Assembly (NCBI GenBank): GCA_963704325.1
Contig: OY969885.1
Location: 76,707-140,706, forward strand
Origin: an uncultured Chloroflexia bacterium
Lineage (GTDB): Bacteria > Chloroflexota > Limnocylindria > Limnocylindrales > CSP1-4
DNA length: 64,000 nt
Direction: 5' to 3'
Shown: one piece after another, positions 36,791 to 46,858 of the stretch
How positions within the stretch are numbered: the first letter of the stretch is position 1
How the letters are laid out: the number at the start of each line of letters is the position of its first letter
Notes under the pieces: model-generated
The model's database searches: none
Seen by the model: only the letters and a program-made list of their open reading frames with translations
Told to the model about the DNA's origin: nothing
Translations under genes and position numbers: made by a program

Positions 36791-38122
36791 CTAGCGGCGC
36801 TGCCCCAGGTTGAGCAGCGAGCGCTTGCCACCCGGGCTGGCGAACTGGCGCATCAGCTTCTTCATCTCGGCGAACTGCTTGAGCAGGCGATTGACGTCCT
36901 GCAGCGACGTGCCCGAGCCACGCGCCACGCGTCGCCGGCGGCTGCCGCTGAGCAGGTCCGGATCACGCCGCTCGGCGCTGGTCATCGACTGGATGATCGC
37001 CTCGATCCGGGTCAGGTCGCCGCGCTCGACCGCCTGCTGGGCCTCCTTGGCAGCGCCGCCCATGCCCGGCATGAGCTCGAGCAGCTGGCCGATCGGGCCC
37101 ATCTTCTTGAGCTGCTGCATCTGCGCCAGGAAGTCCTCGAGCGTGAAGGCGTTGCGCTGCAGCTTTCGGGCCATGTCCTCGGCCTGTTGCTGGTCGACGT
37201 TCTCCTGGGCACGCTCGATGAGCGTCATCACGTCACCCATGCCCAGGATGCGGCTGGCCAGGCGATCGGGATGGAAGGGCTCCAGCGCGTCCGTGCGCTC
37301 GCCCGTGCCGAAGAACTTGACCGGCAGACCGGTCACTGCGCCGATCGACAGCGCAGCGCCGCCGCGCGCGTCACCGTCGATCTTGGTCAGCACGAGGCCG
37401 GTCACTGGCGCGGCCTGGGCGAATGCCTGGGCCACGGCGACCGACTCCTGGCCGACCATGGCATCCACAACGAGCAGCGTCTCGGACGCCTCGATGACGC
37501 GCGACAGCTGGTGGATCTCGTCCATCAGTGCCGCGTCGATCGAAGTCCGGCCGGCAGTGTCGATGATCAGCACGTCGCGCGCGGCCGTCCGCGCTGCAGT
37601 CACCGCGCCGCGCGCGATGTCGATTACCGCCGTGCCTGCCGGTGCGCGGTGGACAGGGACGTCGATCTGGCGACCGAGCATCTCGAGCTGGTCAGCCGCG
37701 GCTGGTCGATAGGGGTCGGCGGCAACGAGCATCGGCCGGCGGCCCTGCTTGGTGATGTGCCGCGCCAGCTTGGCAGCCGAGGTGGTTTTGCCTGAGCCCT
37801 GCAGCCCGACCAGCGTCACCACTGCCGGTGAGCCGGCGAGCTTGAAGGTCCGGTCACCCGCCGAGAGCATCGCGGTCAGCTCCTCGTGGACGATCTTGAT
37901 GACCTGCTGGCCGGCGTTGAGGCTGTCGAGCACCTCGCTTCCAACGGCACGCTCGCGAACACGAGCCATGAAGTCCTTGACCACGCGGAAGTTGACGTCT
38001 GCCTCGAGTAGCGCCAGGCGCACCTCGCGCAGGGCAGCATCCACGTCAGCCTCGGTTACCCGGCCGCGGCCGGTCAGGCGGCCCAGGACGCCATTGAGTC
38101 GGTCAGATAGATCATCGAACAC
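36791..38122 (-). CDS. ffh: Signal recognition particle protein Ffh
   Basis: (M)FDDLSDRLNGVL..., GLQGSGKTTSAAKLA, DTAGR, and an M-domain with a Met-rich segment. GTG 38122 gives the canonical N-terminus. Confidence 0.93.
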   Translation of the reverse strand: MFDDLSDRLNGVLGRLTGRGRVTEADVDAALREVRLALLEADVNFRVVKDFMARVRERAVGSEVLDSLNAGQQVIKIVHEELTAMLSAGDRTFKLAGSPAVVTLVGLQGSGKTTSAAKLARHITKQGRRPMLVAADPYRPAAADQLEMLGRQIDVPVHRAPAGTAVIDIARGAVTAARTAARDVLIIDTAGRTSIDAALMDEIHQLSRVIEASETLLVVDAMVGQESVAVAQAFAQAAPVTGLVLTKIDGDARGGAALSIGAVTGLPVKFFGTGERTDALEPFHPDRLASRILGMGDVMTLIERAQENVDQQQAEDMARKLQRNAFTLEDFLAQMQQLKKMGPIGQLLELMPGMGGAAKEAQQAVERGDLTRIEAIIQSMTSAERRDPDLLSGSRRRRVARGSGTSLQDVNRLLKQFAEMKKLMRQFASPGGKRSLLNLGQRR

Positions 38123-38158
38123 GGCAAACGAGTTTAGCCGGACGTACTCTGCGCGCCG

Positions 38159-39463
38159 ATGGTGCACGACCCGCTCAGCGATTCACACTTCCCGCCGACG
38201 GACGAGCTGCCCGATGCCTCGTTGTGGCGCAACTCGGCGTTTCGCCGCGTGTGGGCGGCATCGACCATCTCCGTCTTCGGCAGCCTCGTCACGCGCATGG
38301 TGCTGCCCTTCGTGGCCATCCTCGTCCTCGACGCGAACTCGGTCGATGTCGCACTCGTGCGCAGCATGGACCTCATCGCTGGCCTGTCGGTAGGACTCGT
38401 GGCCGGCGCGTGGGTGGACCGATTGCGTCGCCGGCCGGTGCTCATCTGGGCCGACCTGGGTCGCGCCGGCCTGTTGCTTACGGTGCCGCTGGCCGCCTTC
38501 GCCGGCTGGTTGTCGCTGCCCCAGTTGCTGCTGGTCGCGTTCCTGACCGCCGTGCTGACGACCTTCTTCGACTCGGCCGACAACGCCTTCCTGCCCACGA
38601 TCGTGCCGCGCAAGGACCTGGTCAAGGCGAATGGCGCACTGGCTGCTTCCGGATCCGTGTCGGAGTTCGCCGGCTTCGGCGCGGCGGGCTTCCTGGTGCA
38701 GCTGCTCAGCGGACCAATCGCGGTGCTGATCGACGCCTTCACGTACATCGTGTCCGCCCTGCTGCTGGGCTCCATCCGGGTCAAGGAGGCGCCGCCACCG
38801 CCGAAATCGGAGCGTGAGCCGGTCCTGCGCGAGATCGCTGTCGGTCTACGCCTGGTGATCTCGCATCCTGTGCTGCGACCGCTGACCCTCGCGTCAATGG
38901 CCATGGGCGGGCTGTGGGGTGTCTTCGGAGCGACGTGGTTCCTGTTCGCACTCGAGGAGCTGGCGCTCGATCCAGCCGCGATAGGGCTGATTGCCGCGAT
39001 CGGCGGCCTGAGCTCGCTCGGGGGCGCGGTCCTGACCACTCGGCTGAGCCGGCGGCTGGGGATCGGTCGGCTGATCGTGGGGGCGATGCTCATGGTCGCC
39101 ATCGGCAACCTGCTCATCCCGCTCGCCCCAGCGGGAGCGCCGCTCATCGCGCTCGCCTTCCTCCTTGGCCAGCAGCTGATCGCCGATTCGGCCGCGACCG
39201 CCTATGACATCACCGAGACATCCCTGCGCCAGGCCGTGGTCACCGACCGGCAGCTGGGCCGGGTCAACTCGACCGTGCGCGTGGCAGTACTCAGCTTCGA
39301 GCTCGTGTGCACCATTGGCGCAGGCTTCCTGGCGCTGTACATCGGGCTGCGCGAGACCATGTTCCTGGCGCCCCTGGGCGGCCTGCTGGCCGCCGCGATC
39401 CTGTGGTTCTCGCGCCTGAGGCGGCTGCGCGAGATTGACGAGGTGGCGCTGACCGCGGGCTAG
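38159..39463 (+). CDS. MFS transporter
   Basis: About 12 predicted TM helices. The N-terminus WRNSAFRRVWAASTISVFGSLVTRMVLPFVAIL is typical of the MFS_3/EntS-like group. Confidence 0.8.
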   Translation: MVHDPLSDSHFPPTDELPDASLWRNSAFRRVWAASTISVFGSLVTRMVLPFVAILVLDANSVDVALVRSMDLIAGLSVGLVAGAWVDRLRRRPVLIWADLGRAGLLLTVPLAAFAGWLSLPQLLLVAFLTAVLTTFFDSADNAFLPTIVPRKDLVKANGALAASGSVSEFAGFGAAGFLVQLLSGPIAVLIDAFTYIVSALLLGSIRVKEAPPPPKSEREPVLREIAVGLRLVISHPVLRPLTLASMAMGGLWGVFGATWFLFALEELALDPAAIGLIAAIGGLSSLGGAVLTTRLSRRLGIGRLIVGAMLMVAIGNLLIPLAPAGAPLIALAFLLGQQLIADSAATAYDITETSLRQAVVTDRQLGRVNSTVRVAVLSFELVCTIGAGFLALYIGLRETMFLAPLGGLLAAAILWFSRLRRLREIDEVALTAG

Positions 39464-40407
39464 GCGAACAGGGCGCGTACGAAGTCGTTCGGCTGGAAGT
39501 CGATCAGGTCGTCGATCTTCTCGCCAACGCCCACGAAGAGCACGGGCACCTTCAGCGCATCCTCGATGGCGAAGGCGATCCCGCCGCGCGACGTCGTGTC
39601 GAGCTTGGTCAGCGCGACCCCGGTCAGGCCGCTCGACTCATGGAACGCCTTGGCCTGCGCAAGACCGTTCTGGCCGGTAGTCGCGTCGAGCACGAACAGG
39701 ACCTCCGGCTGCGCATCCGGGAGGCGCTTGTCGATGGTGCGGCGGATCTTGGCCAGTTCCTCCATCAGGTTGCTCTTGGTGTGCAGCCGGCCGGCGGTGT
39801 CCACCACGACCACGTCCGCGCCCCGGGCAGCGGCAGCATCGAGCGCGTCGTAGACCACTGCGGAGGGATCCGCGCCGTGTTTGTGAGCGATGACGGGCAG
39901 GTTGGCCCGGCCGCCCCATGTCTCGAGCTGCTCCGCCGCCGCGGCACGGAACGTGTCTGCAGCGGCCATCAGCACCTTTGCGCCGCGCGTGGAGAAGCGG
40001 TAGCCCAGCTTGGCCACGGTCGTGGTCTTGCCTGTGCCATTGACGCCGACGACGAGCACGACGGCGGGCACGCCGGGGGCCGGCACGCGCGGCCATGGTG
40101 TCTCGTCGCGTGGCGCGAAGAGCGCCAGCAGCTCCGCCTCGACCGCCGCCTCGGCGTCGCGCACGTCACGCCGCGCACGGGCACGCTCCACGACCCGCGC
40201 GGCGAGAGTGGCACCGACATCTGCCCCGATCAGTGCCTCTTCCACCTCCTCCCACGCGTCGTCGTCGAGTGGGCCGCTGAGCAGCGTCCTGAGCCGGCCC
40301 ATGACGCCGTGGCGCGTCCGCGCGACTGCGTGGCCGTAGTCAGGTTCCACCGCCGCGACGTCAGGCGGGGTCGCGTCCGCTGGCGGGCTGGAGCGTCTGA
40401 AGGTCAC
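39460..40407 (-). CDS. ftsY: Signal recognition particle receptor FtsY (NG domain only)
   Basis: VVGVNGTGKTTTVAKLG, DTAGRLH, TKLD and GVGEKIDDL. Confidence 0.93.
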   Translation of the reverse strand: MTFRRSSPPADATPPDVAAVEPDYGHAVARTRHGVMGRLRTLLSGPLDDDAWEEVEEALIGADVGATLAARVVERARARRDVRDAEAAVEAELLALFAPRDETPWPRVPAPGVPAVVLVVGVNGTGKTTTVAKLGYRFSTRGAKVLMAAADTFRAAAAEQLETWGGRANLPVIAHKHGADPSAVVYDALDAAAARGADVVVVDTAGRLHTKSNLMEELAKIRRTIDKRLPDAQPEVLFVLDATTGQNGLAQAKAFHESSGLTGVALTKLDTTSRGGIAFAIEDALKVPVLFVGVGEKIDDLIDFQPNDFVRALFA

Positions 40408-40472
40408 GCGACGATGCTAGCGGCGAGCGTTCGTTGCGGCCCGGTGCCGCCCGGGGCCGGACGGGCGTCTGG

Positions 40473-43400
40473 TCAGGACGCGGCGGTCGCTGCCGCCTTG
40501 GCCACCTCGAGCGACGCGTCGTCGCCTTGAGTGCCGTTGCGCGGCAGACGAAGTGACACGACGCGGCTGACCGCATCATCACCGAGCGTCACGCCGTAGA
40601 GCGAATCGGCCGCCTCGATCGTGCCCCGGTTATGGGTGATGACGATGAACTGAGTCTGCGCTGCGAGTCCACGCAGGGCGCGAGCAAAGCGGCCCACGTT
40701 CGCCTCGTCGAGTGCCGCGTCGACCTCGTCCAGGACGCAGAACGGCACCGGCCTGACCTCGAGCATGGCCAGCAGCAGGCTGACTGCGGTCAGCGCCCGC
40801 TCGCCGCCCGACAGCATCGACAGCGGCTGGCGCTTCTTGCCCGGCGGGCGGGCGTGGATCTCCACGCCGGTCGCCGACAGGTCATCCGGCGCGGTCAGGC
40901 TCAGCTGCGCGTCTCCCCCGCCGAAGAGCTCCGTGAAGCGTCGTGAGAAGGCGTCTTCGAGGGCGGCGAACGTTGTCCGGAACTGCTCGTTGATCATCGC
41001 GCTGAGGGATGCGATGAGCTCGCGCGTGGCCACGATCGCCGTCTCCAGATCGCCGCGCTGGCCCTCCATGCCGTCGAGCCGCTCACGCAGCTCGGCGTAC
41101 TCCTCTACGGCGAACGGGTTGCCCGCACCAAGATCGTGGAAGCGCCGGCGCAGCGTCGCCAGCTTTGACGCAGATGGCGGGCCGTCAGGAGCGCCATCTG
41201 CCTGCCAGCGCTCGATCGCCCGGTTGAGCAGCTCTTCGAGGGCCGCCGCCTCGGTCGCATCTTCCTCGGCCGCCCCGTCACGGGCCGGCTCGAGGCGATC
41301 GATGGTCGAATCGCCTTCGGCGGCGCGGTGCAGGGCGAGAAGCCCGTCGGCGCCAATGCCGGCCAGCTCGACCAGCAGCTGCTCGCGTGTCTGCTCGAGC
41401 TGCAGGCGGGCCTCCAGGGCTCCGACCTCGGCCTGCCGGCTGGCGGCCTCGGCCGAACGCAGGCGCTCGCGAGTCTCGACGGCACTGTGCTCCGCCTCCA
41501 GCAGCCGCCGGCGGTCGTCCGCGCCCTCGGCCAGAAGTGCCTCAAGGGCGGTGCGCAGCTCAGCCAGCTTGGACTCCGCCGCCTTCAGCTCGGCCGTGAG
41601 CTGACCGCGACGCTGGTCGAGCTCGACCCGCCGGCCACTTACGCGCTCAGTCTCATCGTCAAGCTCGCGTAGGCGAGTCTCGTCGATCGCGACGCGCACC
41701 TCGGCCGTGCGACGACGCTCCTCGGCCGATCGTGTCGCGGCCTCCTGCTGATTGCTCTGCCTGCGCAGCTCCTCTGCCCGCGCCCGCAGAGTCGCCGCAC
41801 GCGTCCGGGCAGCTTCGTGGTCGACTCCGGCGCCAGCGGAGGCGAGCTCGCCTTCCAGGCGCGCGATGTCCGATGCCAGGCGGCCGATGAGCGCGTCCGC
41901 CGCGTCAGCCTCGCCAGCCAGGCGCTCGTGCTGGGCACGTTCCCAGGCGTGTTCGCGCAAGGCATGTTCCGCGCGTCGCTGGGCAATTCGCTCTGATTCG
42001 TCTGCGCGGCGCGCCGCGATGCGTGCTTCGTTGTGCGCCTGCTGGGCGCCTCGCTGAAGCTCGAGCGCCGCCGTCAGGGCGGCCGCGTCCGTGTCCAGCG
42101 TTGTACGACTGCCCGCCTCGTCGTGCTCCAAATCAGCCAGCGCGCGTTGCTGCTCGTCCATCGCGCGCCGTCGGTCGATCATCGGCTCGGCCTGACCCAG
42201 GCGAACTATGCCCTGGTCGTTGAGGACCGCGCCGTCGAGGGTCACGGCCGACCAACCTGCCGCCAGTGCCGCCCGCGACTCGAGCGCGGCAGCCAGGCTG
42301 GGCAGCCAGATCACCTTCTGAAGCAGCCTCGTGACGCCGCCCTGTGGGTCACGCCGGACCGCGTCGACCAGTGCTCCGCCGCCTCTGCCGGTCGCCGCGC
42401 TGATGGCCGCATCGCGCTCCCGCGCAGTGGGGGCCGGCTGCGCTCCTCTGGCGCGCAGGGCGAGCGTGCCGCGGCGTTCCGCGAGGGCCGGGACGACGTC
42501 CGCGTCGACCAGGTATGCCGTGGCCGCAGGGCCAAGCGCGGCAGCAACGGCTAGCGCGAAGCGCTGATCGATCTCGAGCCCCTCAGCCAGCAGGTGGGCG
42601 CCCCGGGCACGAGCGGCGCGAGCCAGCCCGTCGTCTTCCCCGGCCGTCACCGCCGCCTCGAGCGAGGCCAGGGCCGAGCGTGCCGCCGACACCGCCGACC
42701 GGGCAGCCGAATGGCGCTCCTGGGAGGCACTTCGGGTAGCCGTCGCCTGCTCGATCTTCACCCGCGCCGCCTCCAAAGCGGTCAGCGCCGACTGCTCGGC
42801 GGTGGACGCCTCGCGCATCGCATTAGCCGCGCGCTCGTGCTCGGCTGTGCTCTCTGTGCTGCGCGCTTCCAGCCTGCCGACCGCGGCCTCAGCCTCGGCC
42901 TGCTGACCGCGCAGCTGGGCACGCCGACGCTCATGGCCACCGTGGTCTGTGCGCAGGCCGGCAAGCTGCCGGGCGATCTGGTCGCGTGCGCCGGTAAGGC
43001 TGCCCGGCCCGGTCATCGACTCGATCTCTGCCAGCTGGCGCTCGACCGCCTCGAGCTCGACCGCCAGGGCCTGGTCACTCGCGGGCCGCGGAGCGTCGAG
43101 GAGCTGGCGGGCATCTTGCATCCGAACATCGGCCGCCGCCCGCTCCGTCGCCAGACGCTGCTCGTCGCGGGCCAGCGCCGCCTGCTCCGATTCAAGGTGC
43201 GCCTGGCTCACACGCAGCTCCGTGATCCGGGCTCGATGCTCCTCCAGCACCTCGCGCTGGCTGCGCTCGACTTCCGCCCGCCGGCCCATCTGCTCGGTCA
43301 GGCTGGCGGCGACCTGCTCGGCGGTGTGCAAATCCGCCAGGGCCCTGTCGGCCGCCGAGCGTGCACGTTCGGTCTCCTTGTGCGAGCTGGACGCGGCCTG

Positions 43401-44120
43401 CGCCGCGCTGACCCACCTGGCGCGAGCTGCGGCCAGGAGTGCCTCGGCCAGCTCGATCCCGGCGCTCTGGCGCGCCTGGAGCTGCTCGGCCTGCGCGGCC
43501 AGGCGGCGCGCCTGGGGCCGCAGCTCAGCGAGCACGTCGCGCAGCCGCTCCAGGTTGACCTCCGCCTCGCCCAGCTCAGCCTCGGCGTGGCGCCGGCGAC
43601 GCTCGTGGCGACGTACGCCGGCGGCCTCCTCGAACAGCGGCCGGCGCTCTTCCGGGCGGAGCGCCAGGGCTTGATCGACCATCCCCTGGCCGATGAACAG
43701 GAAAGCGTTGTCGGCGATGTTTCCGGCATCGAGCAGCTCGACCAGGTCACGCAGCCGCACTCGCTGCCGATTGAGCAGGTACTCGTTCTCGCCAGAGCGG
43801 TACAGACGCCGGCCGATCTCGACTTCGTTGTAGTCGACAGGCAGCAACCGGTCCTGGTTGTCGATGACGAGCGTGACGTCGGCCATGCCCACCGCTCGGC
43901 GCGAGGAGGAGCCGGCGAAGATGACGTCCTCCGAGCGCCGCGTGCGAAGCGTCCGGCCCTGCTCGCCCAGCGTCCAGCGCAGCGCGTCGGCGAGGTTGCT
44001 CTTGCCGCTGCCGTTGGGACCCACGACAGCACTGATGCCAGGCCCGAACTCGACCGTGGTGCGCTCTGCGAACGACTTGAAGCCGACCAGCCGCAGCGCG
44101 GTCAGGCGGGCGGCACTCAT
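40473..44120 (-). CDS. smc: Chromosome segregation protein SMC
   Basis: 1215 aa with an N-terminal Walker A (GPNGSGKSN), long coiled coils, a hinge, and a C-terminal LSGGE / Walker B (FCVLDEVDAALD). Confidence 0.95.
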   Translation of the reverse strand: MSAARLTALRLVGFKSFAERTTVEFGPGISAVVGPNGSGKSNLADALRWTLGEQGRTLRTRRSEDVIFAGSSSRRAVGMADVTLVIDNQDRLLPVDYNEVEIGRRLYRSGENEYLLNRQRVRLRDLVELLDAGNIADNAFLFIGQGMVDQALALRPEERRPLFEEAAGVRRHERRRRHAEAELGEAEVNLERLRDVLAELRPQARRLAAQAEQLQARQSAGIELAEALLAAARARWVSAAQAASSSHKETERARSAADRALADLHTAEQVAASLTEQMGRRAEVERSQREVLEEHRARITELRVSQAHLESEQAALARDEQRLATERAAADVRMQDARQLLDAPRPASDQALAVELEAVERQLAEIESMTGPGSLTGARDQIARQLAGLRTDHGGHERRRAQLRGQQAEAEAAVGRLEARSTESTAEHERAANAMREASTAEQSALTALEAARVKIEQATATRSASQERHSAARSAVSAARSALASLEAAVTAGEDDGLARAARARGAHLLAEGLEIDQRFALAVAAALGPAATAYLVDADVVPALAERRGTLALRARGAQPAPTARERDAAISAATGRGGGALVDAVRRDPQGGVTRLLQKVIWLPSLAAALESRAALAAGWSAVTLDGAVLNDQGIVRLGQAEPMIDRRRAMDEQQRALADLEHDEAGSRTTLDTDAAALTAALELQRGAQQAHNEARIAARRADESERIAQRRAEHALREHAWERAQHERLAGEADAADALIGRLASDIARLEGELASAGAGVDHEAARTRAATLRARAEELRRQSNQQEAATRSAEERRRTAEVRVAIDETRLRELDDETERVSGRRVELDQRRGQLTAELKAAESKLAELRTALEALLAEGADDRRRLLEAEHSAVETRERLRSAEAASRQAEVGALEARLQLEQTREQLLVELAGIGADGLLALHRAAEGDSTIDRLEPARDGAAEEDATEAAALEELLNRAIERWQADGAPDGPPSASKLATLRRRFHDLGAGNPFAVEEYAELRERLDGMEGQRGDLETAIVATRELIASLSAMINEQFRTTFAALEDAFSRRFTELFGGGDAQLSLTAPDDLSATGVEIHARPPGKKRQPLSMLSGGERALTAVSLLLAMLEVRPVPFCVLDEVDAALDEANVGRFARALRGLAAQTQFIVITHNRGTIEAADSLYGVTLGDDAVSRVVSLRLPRNGTQGDDASLEVAKAAATAAS

Positions 44121-44797
44121 GACGTTCCGTCAGCGGCGAGCTTGGCGAGCGCGCCGCGCGCAGCTTCCGTCTCTGCGTCGCGCCGGTTGCGGCCCTCGCC
44201 CCGGCCAAGACTCTCACCGCCGACGACCGCCTCGACCACGAAGTGGCGGGCGTGAGGCGGACCGTCGTCACTCACCAGCCGGTAGTGCGGCGCGCGGCCA
44301 GTTCGAGCGTAGCTGAGCTCCTGGAGCGCACTCTTCGGCGGCTTGAGGTCGTCCAGGTCGGGCGGCTCGTCCAGCTCCGGCGCACACACCGCGAGGAGCC
44401 ACTCACGTGTGCGATCCATGCCCAGGTCGAGGTACACGGCGCCGGCGACTGCCTCGAACGTTGCCGCCAGAACGGACCGACGCCTGCGCTCGCCGGCAGC
44501 CGAGGCTCCCAGGCCCAGGGTCAGGTATGTGTCGAGGTCGAGCCGCGCCGCGATGCGCGACAGGCTGCGCGCAGAGACGATGGATGCGCGGCGCGTGGTC
44601 AGCGAGCCCTCGTCATCGTCCGGATGGCGCGCGAAGAGCGCCTCGGAGACGACCAGCGAGATGACCGCGTCACCCAGGAACTCGAGCCGCTCGTTGGACG
44701 GCCCCACGCTGGGCTGCTCATGAACGTAGCTGCTGTGAACGAGGGCCTGCGCGAGCAGCCCGAGATCGCCCAGTCGCAGTCCGAGCCGGTCGGCCAG
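44117..44797 (-). CDS. rnc: Ribonuclease III (conserved N-terminus lacks an ATG/GTG/TTG start; CTG 44797 proposed)
   Basis: NERLEFLGDAVISLVVSE plus a dsRBD. The same frame stays open upstream of the ORF-track GTG (44707) and encodes LADRLGLRLGDLGLLAQALVHSSYVHEQPS, the normal RNase III N-terminus. Confidence 0.85.
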   Translation of the reverse strand: MADRLGLRLGDLGLLAQALVHSSYVHEQPSVGPSNERLEFLGDAVISLVVSEALFARHPDDDEGSLTTRRASIVSARSLSRIAARLDLDTYLTLGLGASAAGERRRRSVLAATFEAVAGAVYLDLGMDRTREWLLAVCAPELDEPPDLDDLKPPKSALQELSYARTGRAPHYRLVSDDGPPHARHFVVEAVVGGESLGRGEGRNRRDAETEAARGALAKLAADGTS

Positions 44798-44835
44798 TAC
44801 TTCCGCCGGCGCGAGGGCGCCGGAGACGGGCCCGC

Positions 44836-45078
44836 TTACGGGGTCGCGCGCTCCTCGACGTACTCGACGGCGTCCTGGACTGTCCGAATCCGCTCGGCGT
44901 CCTCGTCAGAGATCTCTGCCCCGAACTCTTCCTCGAGACTCATGATCAATTCGACCAGGTCGAGCGAGTCGGCGTTGAGATCCTCGACGAACGAAGCCTC
45001 GGGCGTCACCTGCTCCTCGTCCACGCCGAGTTGCTCGATGACGATCTTCTTAAGTCGATCGTAGGTTGATGCGGTCAC
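44836..45078 (-). CDS. acpP: Acyl carrier protein
   Basis: [24 protein letters not shown] (DSL phosphopantetheine site). Confidence 0.92.
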   Translation of the reverse strand: MTASTYDRLKKIVIEQLGVDEEQVTPEASFVEDLNADSLDLVELIMSLEEEFGAEISDEDAERIRTVQDAVEYVEERATP

Positions 45079-45115
45079 TCAGGTCTCCCTCCTGCGCTGC
45101 GGCGTTCCGCCCTGG

Positions 45116-45562
45116 CTATTGCTGCCGGAGCCCGGCGTCCCGCCCACGGTCTGCCGCCTCCCTGGCGACACGCCCGAGCACACCGTTCATCAAACGACGG
45201 GCCGGTTCGCCACTGTAGGTTCGAGCGAGTTCCACCCATTCCGCGATGGCCACCCGGGCCGGCGTCGTGCGGGAGTGTAGCAGTTCGGCCATCGCCGAAC
45301 GCAACAATGCGCGGTCAATTCGAGCGAGCTGGACGACGGGATAGCGAGGCGCAACGGACTCGATTTCGCTGTCGATCGTGTCGCGCCGGGCGGCGACGGC
45401 TTCAACTATCTCGCGCGCGAGCTCGGCCGCTTCCGAGCCGGCGCCCTCCTCGTCCAGGCGGCGCTCGAGGATGCGCGTCGCGGTGTGCTGCCCGAACTCA
45501 GCCTCGAATACGGCGCCGAGGGCCAGCCGGCGCCCTTCGCGATGGCCCTCATGCGAGCGCAT
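45116..45562 (-). CDS. nusB: Transcription antitermination factor NusB
   Basis: RRLALGAVFEAEF...IDRALLRSAMAELL...PARVAIAEWVELARTYSGEPARRLMNGVLGRV. ATG 45562 was chosen as the start. Confidence 0.8.
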   Translation of the reverse strand: MRSHEGHREGRRLALGAVFEAEFGQHTATRILERRLDEEGAGSEAAELAREIVEAVAARRDTIDSEIESVAPRYPVVQLARIDRALLRSAMAELLHSRTTPARVAIAEWVELARTYSGEPARRLMNGVLGRVAREAADRGRDAGLRQQ

Positions 45563-46592
45563 CGGCGATCCGCTCAGGGATGCGTGCACGGGCCGCCGAC
45601 GCGCCGACCTCGACCGCAAAGCCGATCATCCGCCGCCGGGCGCGGCCGTGGGTGATGAGCACCGTGCCCTTGATGCCCAGCAATGGTGCGCCACCCAGGC
45701 GCTCGTAGTCGAAGCGGCGCCGGATGCGCCCGATGCCGGGCTTCATGAAGGCATAGCCGACCGGACCCAGCGGCCAACGCTGGAACTCCGTGCGGAGCAT
45801 GTCGAAGATGAACGACGAAAGGCCCTCGAAGAACTTGATCGTCACGTTGCCCACCGTTGCGTCGCACACGACGACGTCGGCCGGGTGGTGGGGCAGGTCC
45901 TTGCCCTCTGCGTTGCCCACGAAGCGCAGCTTGCTGGCGTTCAGCAGCTCGGTCGCCTCCTGCACGCGCTGCTCGCCCTTGCCGCCCTCTTCGCCGATCG
46001 ACAGCAGGGCCACCGATGGGTTGCTGACGCCGAGCACCTTCTCGGCAAAGATCGCACCCATGTGCGCGTACTGGTACAGGTTCTGCCCGGTCGAGTCGGT
46101 CGTGGCGCCGATGTCGAGCAGCACCATGGGGCCTTTGTCAGTGACCATCTGGACGGCGAGCGCGGGGCGGTCCACGTCGCGCAGGCGGCCCAGGTTGAGG
46201 ATGGACGCGGCCACCCCGGCCCCGGTGTGCCCGGCCGTGACGACAGCGTCCGCGCGGCCTTCCTTCACCAGCCGCATGCAGACGTTGATGCTCGCGTCCT
46301 TCTTGCGCCGCACGGCGGCCGCCGGGTGCTCTTCCATGGTCACCGATTCGGATGCGTGGACGATCGTCACGTTGGCCGGCAGCCCGCCATCGATCAGCGC
46401 CTCGACGCGCGCCTGGTCGCCCACGAGCAGCACGTCCGTGTCCGGGTTGAGCCGCGCCCAGTCGACGCTGCCGGCGACGACCTCGATCGGGGCATGGTCG
46501 CCGCCCATCGCGTCCACGGCGACGCGAACTCGTTCCAGCTCGCCCGTCCCGTTTGCGACGCGGCCCGGGTCGCGCAGCAGCTCAACGTCCAT
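45549..46592 (-). CDS. plsX: Phosphate acyltransferase PlsX
   Basis: VRVAVDAMGGDHAPIEVVAG...VVTAGHTGA...ITHG. ATG 46592 is the first start after the rpmF stop. Confidence 0.9.
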   Translation of the reverse strand: MDVELLRDPGRVANGTGELERVRVAVDAMGGDHAPIEVVAGSVDWARLNPDTDVLLVGDQARVEALIDGGLPANVTIVHASESVTMEEHPAAAVRRKKDASINVCMRLVKEGRADAVVTAGHTGAGVAASILNLGRLRDVDRPALAVQMVTDKGPMVLLDIGATTDSTGQNLYQYAHMGAIFAEKVLGVSNPSVALLSIGEEGGKGEQRVQEATELLNASKLRFVGNAEGKDLPHHPADVVVCDATVGNVTIKFFEGLSSFIFDMLRTEFQRWPLGPVGYAFMKPGIGRIRRRFDYERLGGAPLLGIKGTVLITHGRARRRMIGFAVEVGASAARARIPERIADALA

Positions 46593-46627
46593 CTGGGCGG
46601 CGCGTTGCGCTGTGTGTGTTGGTGCGA

Positions 46628-46834
46628 CTAGGAGGACGCGGCGTCCGGCTTGACCTTGGTCTTGATGCGCACCGCCTCGCGTCCGTTGTACCAGCCGCAG
46701 CTGGGGCAGGCGTGGTGTGCGCGCTTCTGCTGGTGGCAGTGCGGGCACTCCTCCAGCTGCGGCAGGGTCAGCGCGTGATGCGAGCGACGCTCGCCCTGGC
46801 GCGCCTTTGACACGCGCCGCTTGGGTACTCCCAT
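46628..46834 (-). CDS. rpmF: 50S ribosomal protein L32
   Basis: MGVPKRRVSKARQGERRSHH...CPHCHQ...CPSCG. Confidence 0.93.
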   Translation of the reverse strand: MGVPKRRVSKARQGERRSHHALTLPQLEECPHCHQQKRAHHACPSCGWYNGREAVRIKTKVKPDAASS

Positions 46835-46858
46835 TTCCTCAGTCTCTCCTCGGTTGCT

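Noticed and set aside
38134-39147. A 337-aa minus-strand ORF antisense to the MFS transporter. Many similar long ORFs fall in the same class (for example 3517-4719, 12118-12948, 42594-44255, 48961-50973, 57560-59518).
   Set aside because: The sequences are Arg/Ala/Pro/Ser-rich and junk-like. They sit opposite or out of frame to genes with clear family signatures. This is the typical high-GC shadow-ORF artefact.
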